Assembly: GCA_964392325.1 (NCBI GenBank)
Contig: CAYMPJ010000002.1
Span: forward strand, 65,521-129,520
Length of the DNA stretch: 64,000 nucleotides
Source of the DNA: an uncultured Caulobacterales bacterium
GTDB lineage: Bacteria > Pseudomonadota > Alphaproteobacteria > Caulobacterales > Parvularculaceae
Direction: 5' to 3'
Shown here: positions 1 through 10,419 of the stretch, piece after piece
How positions within the stretch are numbered: the stretch's first letter is position 1
How the letters are laid out: each line of letters opens with the position of its first letter
The notes under the pieces: model-generated
What the model was told of the DNA's origin: nothing
Database searches by the model: none
Seen by the model: only the letters and a program-made list of their open reading frames with translations
Made by a program: the position numbers and the translations under genes

Positions 1-1194
1 GATATTGATGTGACCGGTGATGGCATGATTGGCAAAATCCAGCCCAGCTGCCAAAACGGAACCGAGACCGCGTGCACAGACGGGCTCAATATTGATCTAG
101 GCGGGCGGGTTGTTATGAGCCGTCTTGCAGAATTACACGCCCATATCGACAAGACACAAAGCTGGGAGCGCGCACCAAATCTCGACGGCACCTATAATGG
201 CGCAAAATCAGGGGCGAAAAGCGACCGCATAAATCCGTGGACAGATGAAGATGTTTATACGCGCATGTCTTTTGCACTCGAATGCGCTTATGCACACGGA
301 ACCCGCTCTTTGCGCACCCATATTGATAGTCAGAAAAAACGCACCCAGCCGAGCTGGCGCATATTTGATCAATTACGGCGAGAATGGGCTGGAAAAATAA
401 CATTGCAAGGGGTGATCAGTTTAGGGGTCGGGAAAATAATGGGCAAATATGGCCACACAATTGCACGCCATGCCGCCGAATATAATGCCTGTTTTGGACC
501 CGTTATTTATAACTCCGAAAATCAGCACAAAGAAATAATCCGGTCATTTGAACTGGCCGAACAGTATAATTTACCCCTTGATTTTCATGTGGACGAAACC
601 CTCAACCCCCTAGCCAATGGATTAGGTTTAATTGCCCAAACGGCTTTGGAGCGTGGGTTTTCCAAACCGATTATTTGCGGCCATGTCTGTTCCCTGTCGA
701 TGAAAGATGAGGAAGAGATCGCCAGCATTCTCGGCCTCGTAAAACAAGCCGGCATTGGCCTTATTGCCATGCCCATGAGCAACCTCTATTTGCAAGACCG
801 CTCCAAAGGTGCGCCATTATTTCGCGGCTGTGCGCCGATGCGCGACATTCATAAGGCCGGTGTTGCGCTTGCTATTGGCGGCGATAATTGCCGCGATGCA
901 TTTCATCCCTATGGAGATTATGACATGGTAGAGGTGTACCGTGAAGCGGTGCGTATCGGTCATCTCGATAATACAATTGGGCACTATGCAAATACGATCA
1001 GCAGCACGCCAGAACGTTTAATGGGATTGTCACAAAGCGCCCGTCTCGCAAAAGGACATTTTGCGGATATGATTATTTTTCAAGGCACAAGCTTCTCGCA
1101 AATTTTTACCCGCATCGGCGCGCCGCGTTCTATTATTTGTAATGGGCGCATGGTGGATGCGCCCTTGCCGCCATTTCCAAATCTGGATTTTTAA
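1..1194 (+). CDS. Amidohydrolase, cytosine deaminase-like (5' end outside window)
   Basis: The frame is open to position 1. Metal-binding motifs HAHID and DFHVDE match the CodA-type amidohydrolase layout, and about 20-25 N-terminal residues appear to be missing. Confidence 0.75.
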   Translation, partial: DIDVTGDGMIGKIQPSCQNGTETACTDGLNIDLGGRVVMSRLAELHAHIDKTQSWERAPNLDGTYNGAKSGAKSDRINPWTDEDVYTRMSFALECAYAHGTRSLRTHIDSQKKRTQPSWRIFDQLRREWAGKITLQGVISLGVGKIMGKYGHTIARHAAEYNACFGPVIYNSENQHKEIIRSFELAEQYNLPLDFHVDETLNPLANGLGLIAQTALERGFSKPIICGHVCSLSMKDEEEIASILGLVKQAGIGLIAMPMSNLYLQDRSKGAPLFRGCAPMRDIHKAGVALAIGGDNCRDAFHPYGDYDMVEVYREAVRIGHLDNTIGHYANTISSTPERLMGLSQSARLAKGHFADMIIFQGTSFSQIFTRIGAPRSIICNGRMVDAPLPPFPNLDF

Positions 1195-1392
1195 AAATAA
1201 TAAAACAGGGCGAGCGCGGCCCTCATGCACCCGCAAGTCATTCTCGCCCCCACCCCAAAGCACGATTGTTTACACCCTAAACAGGTTAACAATATTGCCA
1301 TCAGCGAATGAATGGCTTACCACTCCACCCCATAGGATGCGCCAACTCCAATTGATAAAATTAAATCCCTTAAAGAAGGCAGGGCTTCACTC

Positions 1393-2112
1393 ATGATAAA
1401 AACACTCATCGCCGGTAACTGGAAAATGAACGGGCTCATGGCTTCACTGAAAGAAGTAGATGCTCTCGATAAAATGCTTGGTGCTGATCAATCCCATGTT
1501 GAAATTCTGATTTGCCCTCCGGCTACGCTTTTAAGCGCGATGGTCGAACGGACCAAATCAAGCCCGATTATGTGTGGCGGCCAGGATTGTCATACCGCGC
1601 CTAGCGGAGCCCATACCGGCGATATAAGCGCCCTTATGATGAAGAATTTGGGAGCAAGCCATATCATTGTTGGACATTCAGAGCGCCGCGCCGATCATGG
1701 TGAGCGTAATGAACAAGTTAAAAACAAAGCCGAGGCTGTTCTGGACGCCGGGCTTATGCCCATTATCTGTGTCGGCGAAACCAAAGCCGAACGCGAGGCC
1801 GGCAAAGCTTTGTCTGTTGTGGAGGAACAATTGGTAGGCTCGGTGCCACAAAACAAGCAAAGTGAAGTGGTGATTGCCTATGAACCTGTATGGGCAATTG
1901 GCACCGGACTTATTCCAACCCTTGATGACATTGGGGAGATGCATCAACACATCCGCAAATTAAGCTCGGCTGTCACCCCTATTCTCTACGGCGGCTCTGT
2001 TAAACCGGGAAATGCCAAAGACATCTTAAGCATTGAAAATGTCAACGGCGCTCTTGTTGGCGGCGCCAGCCTTAAGGCAGAAGATTTCTTCGGTATTATT
2101 AGCGCAGCGTAA
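1393..2112 (+). CDS. tpiA: Triosephosphate isomerase
   Basis: TIM signatures AGNWKMNG, VGHSERR and AYEPVWAIGTG; length 239 aa. Confidence 0.95.
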   Translation: MIKTLIAGNWKMNGLMASLKEVDALDKMLGADQSHVEILICPPATLLSAMVERTKSSPIMCGGQDCHTAPSGAHTGDISALMMKNLGASHIIVGHSERRADHGERNEQVKNKAEAVLDAGLMPIICVGETKAEREAGKALSVVEEQLVGSVPQNKQSEVVIAYEPVWAIGTGLIPTLDDIGEMHQHIRKLSSAVTPILYGGSVKPGNAKDILSIENVNGALVGGASLKAEDFFGIISAA

Positions 2113-2331
2113 ATTCCAGCAGCTTGTAGCACATTCAACCACCCGTTTAGCCAAATCATTGTGCCGTCTAATTGTATTGGGCGGCATATCGCCAGAGACA
2201 CCGCGCGCGGCAAACGCGTTACTCACAAAAAATTCAACACCAATATGCCTTGTCCTTGTGCTCACTTGGCTTGAACCATAAAACCATGTCCGGTAAGAGT
2301 GGTCTTTACGTTTGTACATGGAAAAAAGCTC

Positions 2332-3324
2332 ATGCGTTTTCTGCTTCTCTTTTCAATCCTCATTATTCTTTTAATTGCATCAAGCAGTTGTACCCATTGG
2401 CGATTAGAGAAAAAATATCCGCCGATTGGCAATACGCTTCTAATTAGCGATCAAAAACTTCATTATCTTGATATTGGGCCGCGTGACTCGCTATATCCTC
2501 CATTGGTTATTCTCCACGGGGCTAGTGCAAATTTAATGGATATGAAGCTTGCTATTGGTGATGAGCTTTCCAAAACCCACAGAGTGATCTTAATCGATCG
2601 GCCTGGACGGGGCTATTCTACGCGGCCAGCAGATGGCCATAATCTGGATGTTCAATCTTCCATGATCCATCAGGGTCTGGAATTATTGGGCATTGAAAAA
2701 CCAATAATCATTGGTCAAAGCCTCGGCGGAGCTGTGGCTTTAAATTATACGCTGAACTATCAATCCAAAATCAGTGGCACGGTTCTAATCGCAACGGTCA
2801 GCCATGAGTGGCCCGGCGGGGTAGCATGGTACAATACGGCATCCGACATCCCTATTCTTGGCTTTATCCTTAGGCGGACTTTATTTCCTATATATGGACA
2901 AGCTGTTGCGCCCAAAGGAATTGCGAGCACTTTTTGGCCGCAAGACCCACCGCAAGATTATTATGAAAAAGCAGGTATTGCCCTTTTATTTCGTCCCAAA
3001 GATTTTAAAAGTAACGCTGCTGATATTGCACATTTAAAAACCAATATCCAAGCCATGCAAGAGCGTTATGGCGAGATTACCGTCCCGGTTAAAATTTTCG
3101 TCGGCACCCATGACACAAATGTCAGTCCAACTATTCATAGCTATCGATTATCAAAACAGATAAAAGGATCGGAGTTCATCCTACTCGAAAATCATGGACA
3201 CGGGCTCCAACATACTGGCGCGCCGGAAATTATTGCAAGCATCAAAGCTTTGGCTGTGCAAGCCTCATTGCCAACTCCCGAACCAGAAATTGCGCCAGAG
3301 ATCACTTCAGAATCTGCACAATAG
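2332..3324 (+). CDS. Alpha/beta-fold hydrolase with N-terminal hydrophobic signal or anchor
   Basis: HGASAN oxyanion region, nucleophile elbow GQSLGG and C-terminal HGHG. The ATG at 2332 gives MRFLLLFSILIILLIASSSC; the ORF-track start at 2299 is a GTG extension. Confidence 0.8.
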   Translation: MRFLLLFSILIILLIASSSCTHWRLEKKYPPIGNTLLISDQKLHYLDIGPRDSLYPPLVILHGASANLMDMKLAIGDELSKTHRVILIDRPGRGYSTRPADGHNLDVQSSMIHQGLELLGIEKPIIIGQSLGGAVALNYTLNYQSKISGTVLIATVSHEWPGGVAWYNTASDIPILGFILRRTLFPIYGQAVAPKGIASTFWPQDPPQDYYEKAGIALLFRPKDFKSNAADIAHLKTNIQAMQERYGEITVPVKIFVGTHDTNVSPTIHSYRLSKQIKGSEFILLENHGHGLQHTGAPEIIASIKALAVQASLPTPEPEIAPEITSESAQ

Positions 3325-3373
3325 ACTATTGATTGGTCGCCCTACTTCACCAAGCGGGGGGCTGGAAACTGGT

Positions 3374-4615
3374 TTATTCGCCCAGCGCATCCATGACGGA
3401 GAAAATATCCTTATCGCCCCGGCCACACATATTCAGGATCAAGATTTTATCGCGGTCCATCTCGGCGGCTTTATCAAGGGCTCTGGCCAATGCATGAGAA
3501 GGCTCTAACGCCGGAATAATACCTTCCAGTTGCGCACAAAGCTGAAAACATTCCAAGGCTTCCTCATCGGTTGCGGAGACATATTGCACCCGGCCAATTT
3601 CATGAAGCCATGCATGTTCCGGGCCGATACCCGGATAATCAAGACCCGCCGAAATAGAATGCGCATCAATAATCTGCCCGTCTTCATCTTGCAGCAAATA
3701 AGTGCGATTTCCATGTAAAACACCGGGCCGGCCACCAGTTAATGAGGCGGCATGTTGATCAGTATCAACCCCCTTACCTGCGGCCTCGACACCTATGATT
3801 TGCGTTTCCAGATCATCAAGAAATGGATGGAACAAACCAATCGCATTCGACCCACCGCCAATACATGCCATAATCGCATCGGGTAGTCGCCCCTCCGCTT
3901 CGAGCAATTGGGCCTTGGCCTCCCGGCCAATTACGGACTGAAAATCTCGCACCATTTCCGGATAGGGATGGGGCCCAGCTGCAGTGCCTATGATATAAAA
4001 AGTATCATCTACATTCGTTACCCAGTCGCGCAATGCCTCGTTCATTGCATCTTTTAGCGTGCCCCGACCGGATGTAACTGGAACAATCTGCGCGCCAAGC
4101 AATTTCATTCGAAAAACATTGGGCTTTTGCCGCTCGACATCTGTCTCCCCCATATAGACCACACAGGGAATATTAAACCGTGCACAAACTGTTGCCGTAG
4201 CAACGCCGTGCTGCCCTGCCCCGGTCTCGGCAATGATGCGCGTCTTACCCATACGTTTTGCAAGTAAAATCTGACCGATACAATTATTGATTTTATGCGC
4301 GCCTGTATGATTGAGCTCATCGCGTTTGAGATAAATTTTTGCACCCTTACCTGAGTTTTTTCCAACCCGTTCATTGCGCACATAATCCGTCAAACGCTCT
4401 GCATAATAAAGCGGCGACGGGCGACCGACATAATGGTTTAGAAAATAATCCATCTCGGAGAGAAATTCCGGGTCCGCCTTGGCGCGTTTATATTCCTTTT
4501 CCAATGAGAGAATGAGAGGCATCAAGGTTTCCGCAACAAAGCGACCTCCGAATTTGCCAAAGCGCCCTTCCTGATCGGGGCCTGTGGAATAGGAATTGAG
4601 TGTTTGCATTTCCAA
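3374..4615 (-). CDS. trpB: Tryptophan synthase beta chain
   Basis: HTGAHKINN (PLP lysine region), GGGSNAIG, full-length 413 aa, immediately downstream of trpF. Confidence 0.95.
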   Translation of the reverse strand: MEMQTLNSYSTGPDQEGRFGKFGGRFVAETLMPLILSLEKEYKRAKADPEFLSEMDYFLNHYVGRPSPLYYAERLTDYVRNERVGKNSGKGAKIYLKRDELNHTGAHKINNCIGQILLAKRMGKTRIIAETGAGQHGVATATVCARFNIPCVVYMGETDVERQKPNVFRMKLLGAQIVPVTSGRGTLKDAMNEALRDWVTNVDDTFYIIGTAAGPHPYPEMVRDFQSVIGREAKAQLLEAEGRLPDAIMACIGGGSNAIGLFHPFLDDLETQIIGVEAAGKGVDTDQHAASLTGGRPGVLHGNRTYLLQDEDGQIIDAHSISAGLDYPGIGPEHAWLHEIGRVQYVSATDEEALECFQLCAQLEGIIPALEPSHALARALDKAAEMDRDKILILNMCGRGDKDIFSVMDALGE

Positions 4616-4697
4616 TCTCTCTGATAGTCTCTCTTGAAATTTTTACCGTTTTTGCGCGTCGCCGCACCCTTTATTTTCCCGATTATCCCTTAGACAT

Positions 4698-5378
4698 TTA
4701 TCCATTTGACATAGCCTCACGCGCGCTCTCGATAAAGCGCGCGATTAAGTGAGGGTCTTTTTGTCCCGGTGCCGATTCAACCCCCGAGGACACATCTACC
4801 CCCGCAAAGCCTTTCATTGCTCCAACCATTTTAATCGCCTCTAAAATATTGTCAGGGCTTAATCCCCCCGCCAGCAACCACGGCGTATCGCTTTTATAAT
4901 TTGCCAGAACTGACCAATCAAATACCTGCCCATGCCCTCCGGGGCGCGCCTTTCCCCCGTCGTCTTGAACCGGTGGTTTGGCATCAAACAATAGCATATC
5001 GACATTATAGAGGGGCGCCTGCTCTAGGTCTTCCGGTGAACTTATACCAAGCGCCTTCCAATATTGTGGATAGGTGTAGCGCGCCTTCACATGCTCGAGG
5101 CGCTCGGGCGTTTCCCTGCCATGAAATTGAAGAATGTCAGGGCTGACCACCTCCATGAGTGCATCCAGAAAATCATCCTCCGGATCCACGACTAAGGCCA
5201 CGCTGGCAATTTCCGCAGGCAATTCCTCAATCAGCTTTGCACACGCATCAAGGCTAATATTGCGCGGGGACTTATCAAAAAACACAAAGCCGACATGGCT
5301 CGCCCCAGCAGCACTCGCAGCGACAAGGCCATTGGAATCGCGAAGGCCGCAAATTTTTATAAATTTTGAGTTGGTCAT
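4698..5378 (-). CDS. trpF: Phosphoribosylanthranilate isomerase
   Basis: N-terminal KICGL motif, TIM-barrel length of 226 aa, and trpF-trpB adjacency. Confidence 0.9.
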   Translation of the reverse strand: MTNSKFIKICGLRDSNGLVAASAAGASHVGFVFFDKSPRNISLDACAKLIEELPAEIASVALVVDPEDDFLDALMEVVSPDILQFHGRETPERLEHVKARYTYPQYWKALGISSPEDLEQAPLYNVDMLLFDAKPPVQDDGGKARPGGHGQVFDWSVLANYKSDTPWLLAGGLSPDNILEAIKMVGAMKGFAGVDVSSGVESAPGQKDPHLIARFIESAREAMSNG

Positions 5379-5504
5379 CTCCTTCGGGAATAACCCGAAA
5401 AAGCTAGGGTGACCAGAGCATTCCGCGAGAATCTGGATTCTCTTAAAATTCCGGAAAATCAGGATTTAGTTGGCGTTAAATATACAGATAGGCGCTGATA
5501 GAAA

Positions 5505-5855
5505 TTAGTCGGTTTTAAGGACAGGCAATGTTTCAATATCATCGGTTTCTACCGGCGCACTTGCGAGCCACTCGGTTTTTTCCTTGCGCAAAGCCTTTAA
5601 CTCTACCCGCATTTCCTTGGCGCTCCGTCGCACTGGTCGTCCAGACGACCACATGCCCACCATTCCAAGACAAAAGCCGATGGCAATCATCGCCATAAAC
5701 CACGCCCATAAGGGGAGAGCCACACTGGTTAAAAACCCGGACCCATCAGCGAATGGATTCATACTCACCGCCACTTCCTGACGGTTCGCAACCATAAATA
5801 CGACCGCAATCAAAAAGACTGGCACCAGGATAATATATTCAATGAGCTTTTTCAT
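5505..5855 (-). CDS. LapA/DUF1049-like small inner-membrane protein
   Basis: 116 aa with two hydrophobic helices and a charged tail. It sits between ihfB and trpF, the usual alphaproteobacterial position. Confidence 0.6.
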   Translation of the reverse strand: MKKLIEYIILVPVFLIAVVFMVANRQEVAVSMNPFADGSGFLTSVALPLWAWFMAMIAIGFCLGMVGMWSSGRPVRRSAKEMRVELKALRKEKTEWLASAPVETDDIETLPVLKTD

Positions 5856-5916
5856 AGGATGTGTATTGCCATATTTTGCTACCCGGAAGCAAGGTCAAGA
5901 GATGACCAACCCTATG

Positions 5917-5942
5917 AAAAGTTGGGGGGAAAAGTTGGGGGG
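5917..5942. repeat. Tandem 13-bp duplication AAAAGTTGGGGGG x2
   Basis: Two adjacent perfect copies read directly (5917-5929 and 5930-5942) in the ihfB/lapA-like spacer. Confidence 0.8.
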
Positions 5943-6070
5943 AAATTTTAAGGGCGAAATTGTAACCGGGTACTCTATGATTTTGCGTTTTTAAAAAGGG
6001 GCGGTTGGGTGAGCCCGTTTTTCCAAAAAATCTGGCTTTAGACAAAATCCGGCGCGAGAAAAAGAACAAC

Positions 6071-6349
6071 TTACTTGTTTAAGCGTTCTTTGATCTCTTT
6101 ACCGGCTTTAAAAAAGGGTGACCATTTTTCTTCAATCGAGACAGACGCGCCAGAACGAGGATTTCTGCCAATTCGGGCTGGTCGGTGTTTTACGGAAAAT
6201 GCGCCAAATCCCCGCAGTTCTACCCTGTCCCCATTGGCCAAGGCTTCGGTGATTTCATCAAAAACCACAGATACGATCCGCTCCACATCCCGGTAATAGA
6301 GATTGGGGTTTTCGTCCGCCAGCTTTTGGATCAATTCCGATTTAATCAT
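6071..6349 (-). CDS. ihfB: Integration host factor subunit beta
   Basis: The HU/IHF fold sequence [10 protein letters not shown]...[26 protein letters not shown] is present. The ATG at 6349 is preceded by GGGAGA; the longer ORF-track start is rejected. Confidence 0.9.
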   Translation of the reverse strand: MIKSELIQKLADENPNLYYRDVERIVSVVFDEITEALANGDRVELRGFGAFSVKHRPARIGRNPRSGASVSIEEKWSPFFKAGKEIKERLNK

Positions 6350-6717
6350 GAGTATCTCCCTCAAATCTGATAGCTCAACCAACCGTGGCTATACCGCACT
6401 ATGCTAAACCCCTGAAGTGCAATGGGCCGCAGTGCAATATATCGGGCTGTCTTCTAAAGCTGAACCAGATGCATTCCCTAAATGCGCAAATAACAATGAT
6501 TTTGACTGCCACATTGTCGAACCAGCCAATTTTTCCACTCTTTATTCTATACTATGCCAAATTTTGCGATCGGCTTTGGGGCTTTTCAACCGCCATGCGA
6601 AAGCGTAATTTTGGCACAAACATAGAAAAATATACAAATTCATATACTTAACGGTTAAAACAGTGTCAAAAAATCAATGCGGCGTCAAGGCACTTCTCTT
6701 TACAAACATAGCCCGCT

Positions 6718-7518
6718 ATGACCATCTCACCCATTATGAGCACACAAAAAGACACGATTGATTTTGGATTTGAGACTATTGCCACCGAGCAGAAGGCTGG
6801 CAAGGTCCGGGCTGTTTTTGACAGTGTTGCCAGTAATTACGATATTATGAACGATGCCATGTCGATGGGTATTCACCGGCTATGGAAGAAAACCCTCCTT
6901 GATCGCTTAAGCCCGCGGCCCGGACAATCCCTGATTGATGTCGCAGGCGGTACTGGCGATATTGCCGCTGGCTTTATTCGCCGCGCCAATGAGCGCGGGT
7001 CCGATAAACCAGCTCATGCTACCATTTGCGATATTAATCATTCCATGTTGAAAGCCGGACAAGAGCGCGGACAAAATGTTAAAAATCCCGATGCTCCCTA
7101 TCAGGATCAAATGACGCGCGTATGCGGCAATGCGGAGGCACTACCGCTTCCCTCTTCCTCTATGAATGCCTACACAATCGGTTTTGGAATTCGCAACGTC
7201 ACGGACCGCGATGCGGCCTTGCATGAAGCCTACCGGGTTTTGAAACCGGGGGGGCGGTTTATCTGCCTTGAGTTTTCCCACATGATTACTGGCAGTTTGC
7301 AAAAACTCTATGACACCTATTCATTCAATGCCATACCGTGGCTCGGCGAAAAAATCGCGGATGACCGTGACTCCTACCAATATCTGATTGAATCGATCCG
7401 AAAATTTCCCACCCAAGAAGCATTCCGCACACAAATTGAGCATGCCGGCTTTTCAAAAGTTCGCTTTGAAAATTTAAGTGGTGGTATCGCCGCTCTTCAC
7501 CTTGCCTGGCGGCTATAA
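6718..7518 (+). CDS. ubiE: Ubiquinone/menaquinone biosynthesis C-methyltransferase
   Basis: SAM motif DVAGGTGD, C-terminal GGIAALHLAWR-type end typical of UbiE, followed by ubiB. Confidence 0.92.
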   Translation: MTISPIMSTQKDTIDFGFETIATEQKAGKVRAVFDSVASNYDIMNDAMSMGIHRLWKKTLLDRLSPRPGQSLIDVAGGTGDIAAGFIRRANERGSDKPAHATICDINHSMLKAGQERGQNVKNPDAPYQDQMTRVCGNAEALPLPSSSMNAYTIGFGIRNVTDRDAALHEAYRVLKPGGRFICLEFSHMITGSLQKLYDTYSFNAIPWLGEKIADDRDSYQYLIESIRKFPTQEAFRTQIEHAGFSKVRFENLSGGIAALHLAWRL

Positions 7519-7543
7519 ATATTCCTGCAAAAAGAAACATTTT

Positions 7544-9118
7544 ATGTTCAGCTATATTGGTGACGTTTTCAGGCTTTTACGTGCAGGCGCAGCACTTACT
7601 CGCCACGATGCGCTCGTCCCCCTCGAATATGCACATCACTTCCCGCTTCCCTTAAGACTATTTGGCAAGTTAACGCGTATTGGCGCAAAAAAACATGATG
7701 GCGAGCGTCTATTACGCCCGGGGGAGCGCCTTGCAAAAGCGTTTGAAGGCCTTGGCCCGTTTTATGTTAAAACCGGGCAATTTATGGCAACCCGGCCTGA
7801 TATAATCGGGTTTGAAATGGCCAATGATCTGTGCAGGTTGCAAGATCGTATGCCGCCCTTTTCCCGCGATTTGGCAATTGCCGAAATTGAACGCAGCCTC
7901 AACAATAAATTAGGCAATCTGTTTACTGAATTTTCCGAACCCATAGCCGCTGCCTCCATAGCCCAAGCGCACAAAGCCGTCACAAAAGATGGCGAAAAAG
8001 TTGCCGTTAAAATATTGCGCCCGGATATTGAGCGGACCGCCTCGAAAGATTTTCGCGCCCTTTCAAGAGCTGCAAAACTCCTCGAAAAAATCTCCCGCAA
8101 CATCCGGCGTATGGAGCCTGTGAAATTCATTCTCACCCTTCAAGAGGCGGCGCGCCTTGAACTGGATTTACGCCTTGAGGCAGGTGCGGCTTCCCAAATG
8201 GCGGATAATTTACATTGCGATACAAAAATGCGCATCCCGGCAGTCGTCTGGCCCTATCTGGCTAAACGTGTGCTGACTATTGAATGGATCGATGGTACGC
8301 CAATTGGCGATCTCCCTGAGCTCGATAAGCGCGGTATTGATCGCCCTGCCTTGGCGGTCCAGATCATGCAAACCTTTCTAACCCAAGCGCTGCATCAAGG
8401 ATATTTCCATGCGGATATGCATCAGGGTAATATGATCATTGATGAAGAGGGCCGCCTTGCGCTTATTGATTTTGGCATTATGGGCCGCCTTGATGTGGAT
8501 GCACGGCGTACATTTGCGCAAATTATTTTTGGCTTCATCAACCGTGATTACCAGCATACTGCGCAGGTTCACTTTGATGCAGGCTATGTTGAAGCGCATC
8601 ATTCCGTTGATGCCTTTGCCCAGGCGCTACGCGCCGTTGGCGAGCCGATGTATGGACAAAATGCCGATAAGGTCGATATGTCAAGGGTATTGCAACAACT
8701 CTTTGATGTAACCGAAATGTTTGACATGCACCTTCGCCCCGAGCTGGTATTATTACAGCGCACCATGGTGACCGTTGAAGGCGTTGCCCGTATGCTCGAT
8801 CCGCAAATTAATATGTGGGATTGTGCGAGCCCCGTGATACGCTCATATATTGCCGGACAAGTCGGGCCAAAAGTTCAAATCGAGCGGGTGCGCGATGCGG
8901 CGCTTAAGGCCATAGAAATCGCCCCGAAAATACCCAGCTATGTTGAGGAACTGGCGACAGCGGCGAACAAAATATCAGATGAGCGTTTGGGTCTTTCCCA
9001 AACAACCACGCAAGAACTCGCCCGCGCTATGGCCAAAGAGAGCCGCGCCACAAGAGCGGCCATGTGGTTTGCGGGCTTTGGTGCGCTCGTATTGGCCGGG
9101 ATCTTAATGGTGCAATAG
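7544..9118 (+). CDS. ubiB: Ubiquinone biosynthesis protein kinase-like UbiB (ABC1 family)
   Basis: AASIAQAHKA, HADMHQGN and IDFG motifs, plus C-terminal TM helices. The ATG at 7544 (MFSYIGDVF) avoids overlap with ubiE. Confidence 0.92.
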   Translation: MFSYIGDVFRLLRAGAALTRHDALVPLEYAHHFPLPLRLFGKLTRIGAKKHDGERLLRPGERLAKAFEGLGPFYVKTGQFMATRPDIIGFEMANDLCRLQDRMPPFSRDLAIAEIERSLNNKLGNLFTEFSEPIAAASIAQAHKAVTKDGEKVAVKILRPDIERTASKDFRALSRAAKLLEKISRNIRRMEPVKFILTLQEAARLELDLRLEAGAASQMADNLHCDTKMRIPAVVWPYLAKRVLTIEWIDGTPIGDLPELDKRGIDRPALAVQIMQTFLTQALHQGYFHADMHQGNMIIDEEGRLALIDFGIMGRLDVDARRTFAQIIFGFINRDYQHTAQVHFDAGYVEAHHSVDAFAQALRAVGEPMYGQNADKVDMSRVLQQLFDVTEMFDMHLRPELVLLQRTMVTVEGVARMLDPQINMWDCASPVIRSYIAGQVGPKVQIERVRDAALKAIEIAPKIPSYVEELATAANKISDERLGLSQTTTQELARAMAKESRATRAAMWFAGFGALVLAGILMVQ

Positions 9119-9136
9119 TTTTTCTACGGAGTAAAA

Positions 9137-10390
9137 ATGACCTTTTTGTGCAATAATTATTTTTCAAAAAAATATCACCTTTACCCACTCCTTATTTGTA
9201 TATGTCTTGGATGGAGTTCCGTTAGCGCGAATGATAAATATTGCGCTGATGAGATTTTAAGCGCGCCTATTTATTGGAACATCAACAGACTGGCCAAGAC
9301 CAAAGCCGGACTTGAAGCAGGCGATGAGGCCTATGCGCCCGCTCATGATGAACTGATCAAACAAGCAAATTGGGCGCTGAATAAAAAACCCTATTCCGTC
9401 ATAGACAAACAACGCCCCGGCCCCAGCGGCGATCTTAAAGATTATGTCAGCTTGTCTCGCTATTTCTGGCCTAATCCGGATACCAAAGATGGCCTTCCCT
9501 ATATTCGCAAGGATGGTCGCTCTAATCCTGAACTGAACGGCGTTAATTATGATCGTCGCCGCTCGCAAAGAATGACCAATGCGGTAAGAGATTTAGCGCT
9601 TGCAGCCTATTTTAGCGGCGACCAAAAATACGCCGATAAAGCGATGCAGTTTGTCCGCACATGGTTTATCGATAAAGAAACGGCGATGAACCCGCACCTC
9701 AAATTTGCTCAGAGCGTTCCCGGCAAACAAGAGGGGCGTGAATTTGGTATTCTCGACACGCGCATATATTGGGACGTCATCGACGCTCTTTTACTGTTGC
9801 AATCGTCCGGAATGGCCGATGAAAAAATCGTCAACGGGGCGCGGCTATGGTTTGGCAATTATGGGGCTTGGTTGATCACGAGTGATTTTGGCATGAAAGC
9901 CAAGGCGAAATATAATAATCACGGGACATTTTATGATGCCCAACTCTCCCATGTTTTAGTTTTTGCCGGGCGCTGTGATTTGGCAAAAAAGGTTCTGAAA
10001 AGCGGATATGAGCGCACAAAAAAACAAATCCAAAAATCCGGCCTTATGCCCGGTGAGATTAAACGGACCAAATCTCTATATTATCACAGCTTCAATGCCC
10101 AAGCCTTTATTCGCATCGCATCGCTGGCACAAAAATTTGATCTTGATTATTATACAAAACGCAAGCGCGGATCGGGTTCGATAAAAAACACAGTCCATTT
10201 TATTGCTTCTTATGCCGGGCGTACAGATGAATGGCCTTACGAAGAAATTAGCGATGATATTGAGCATTCACTATGGCGCACGCTAAAATATGCCGGACTG
10301 CTCGATGACAGCCCGGAAATAAGCGAAGCGTTAAACCGATTGAGCTATAAAAACCCGAAGAGCAATCTAACCTTATTAATCGGCCCTTAA
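9137..10390 (+). CDS. Alginate lyase family (AlgL/PL5-like) protein, probably exported
   Basis: Hydrophobic N-terminus. The DYVSLSRYFWPNPDTKDGLPYIRKDG region and an NNH motif (KYNNHGTFY) resemble the AlgL NNHSYW catalytic region. Confidence 0.65.
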   Translation: MTFLCNNYFSKKYHLYPLLICICLGWSSVSANDKYCADEILSAPIYWNINRLAKTKAGLEAGDEAYAPAHDELIKQANWALNKKPYSVIDKQRPGPSGDLKDYVSLSRYFWPNPDTKDGLPYIRKDGRSNPELNGVNYDRRRSQRMTNAVRDLALAAYFSGDQKYADKAMQFVRTWFIDKETAMNPHLKFAQSVPGKQEGREFGILDTRIYWDVIDALLLLQSSGMADEKIVNGARLWFGNYGAWLITSDFGMKAKAKYNNHGTFYDAQLSHVLVFAGRCDLAKKVLKSGYERTKKQIQKSGLMPGEIKRTKSLYYHSFNAQAFIRIASLAQKFDLDYYTKRKRGSGSIKNTVHFIASYAGRTDEWPYEEISDDIEHSLWRTLKYAGLLDDSPEISEALNRLSYKNPKSNLTLLIGP

Positions 10391-10419
10391 GGCCCGTACC
10401 ATGAGACGGGAAGAATCAA

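Noticed and set aside
5383-5400. The hairpin TTCGGG-AATAA-CCCGAA immediately upstream of the trpF start, considered as a possible trp attenuator.
   Set aside because: The stem is only 6 bp and there is no T-run or leader peptide with Trp codons. At most it is a minor RBS-proximal structure.
5917-5942. A short direct repeat, considered as a possible CRISPR or minisatellite.
   Set aside because: There are only two adjacent copies of 13 bp with no spacers. No CRISPR-like architecture occurs anywhere in the window.
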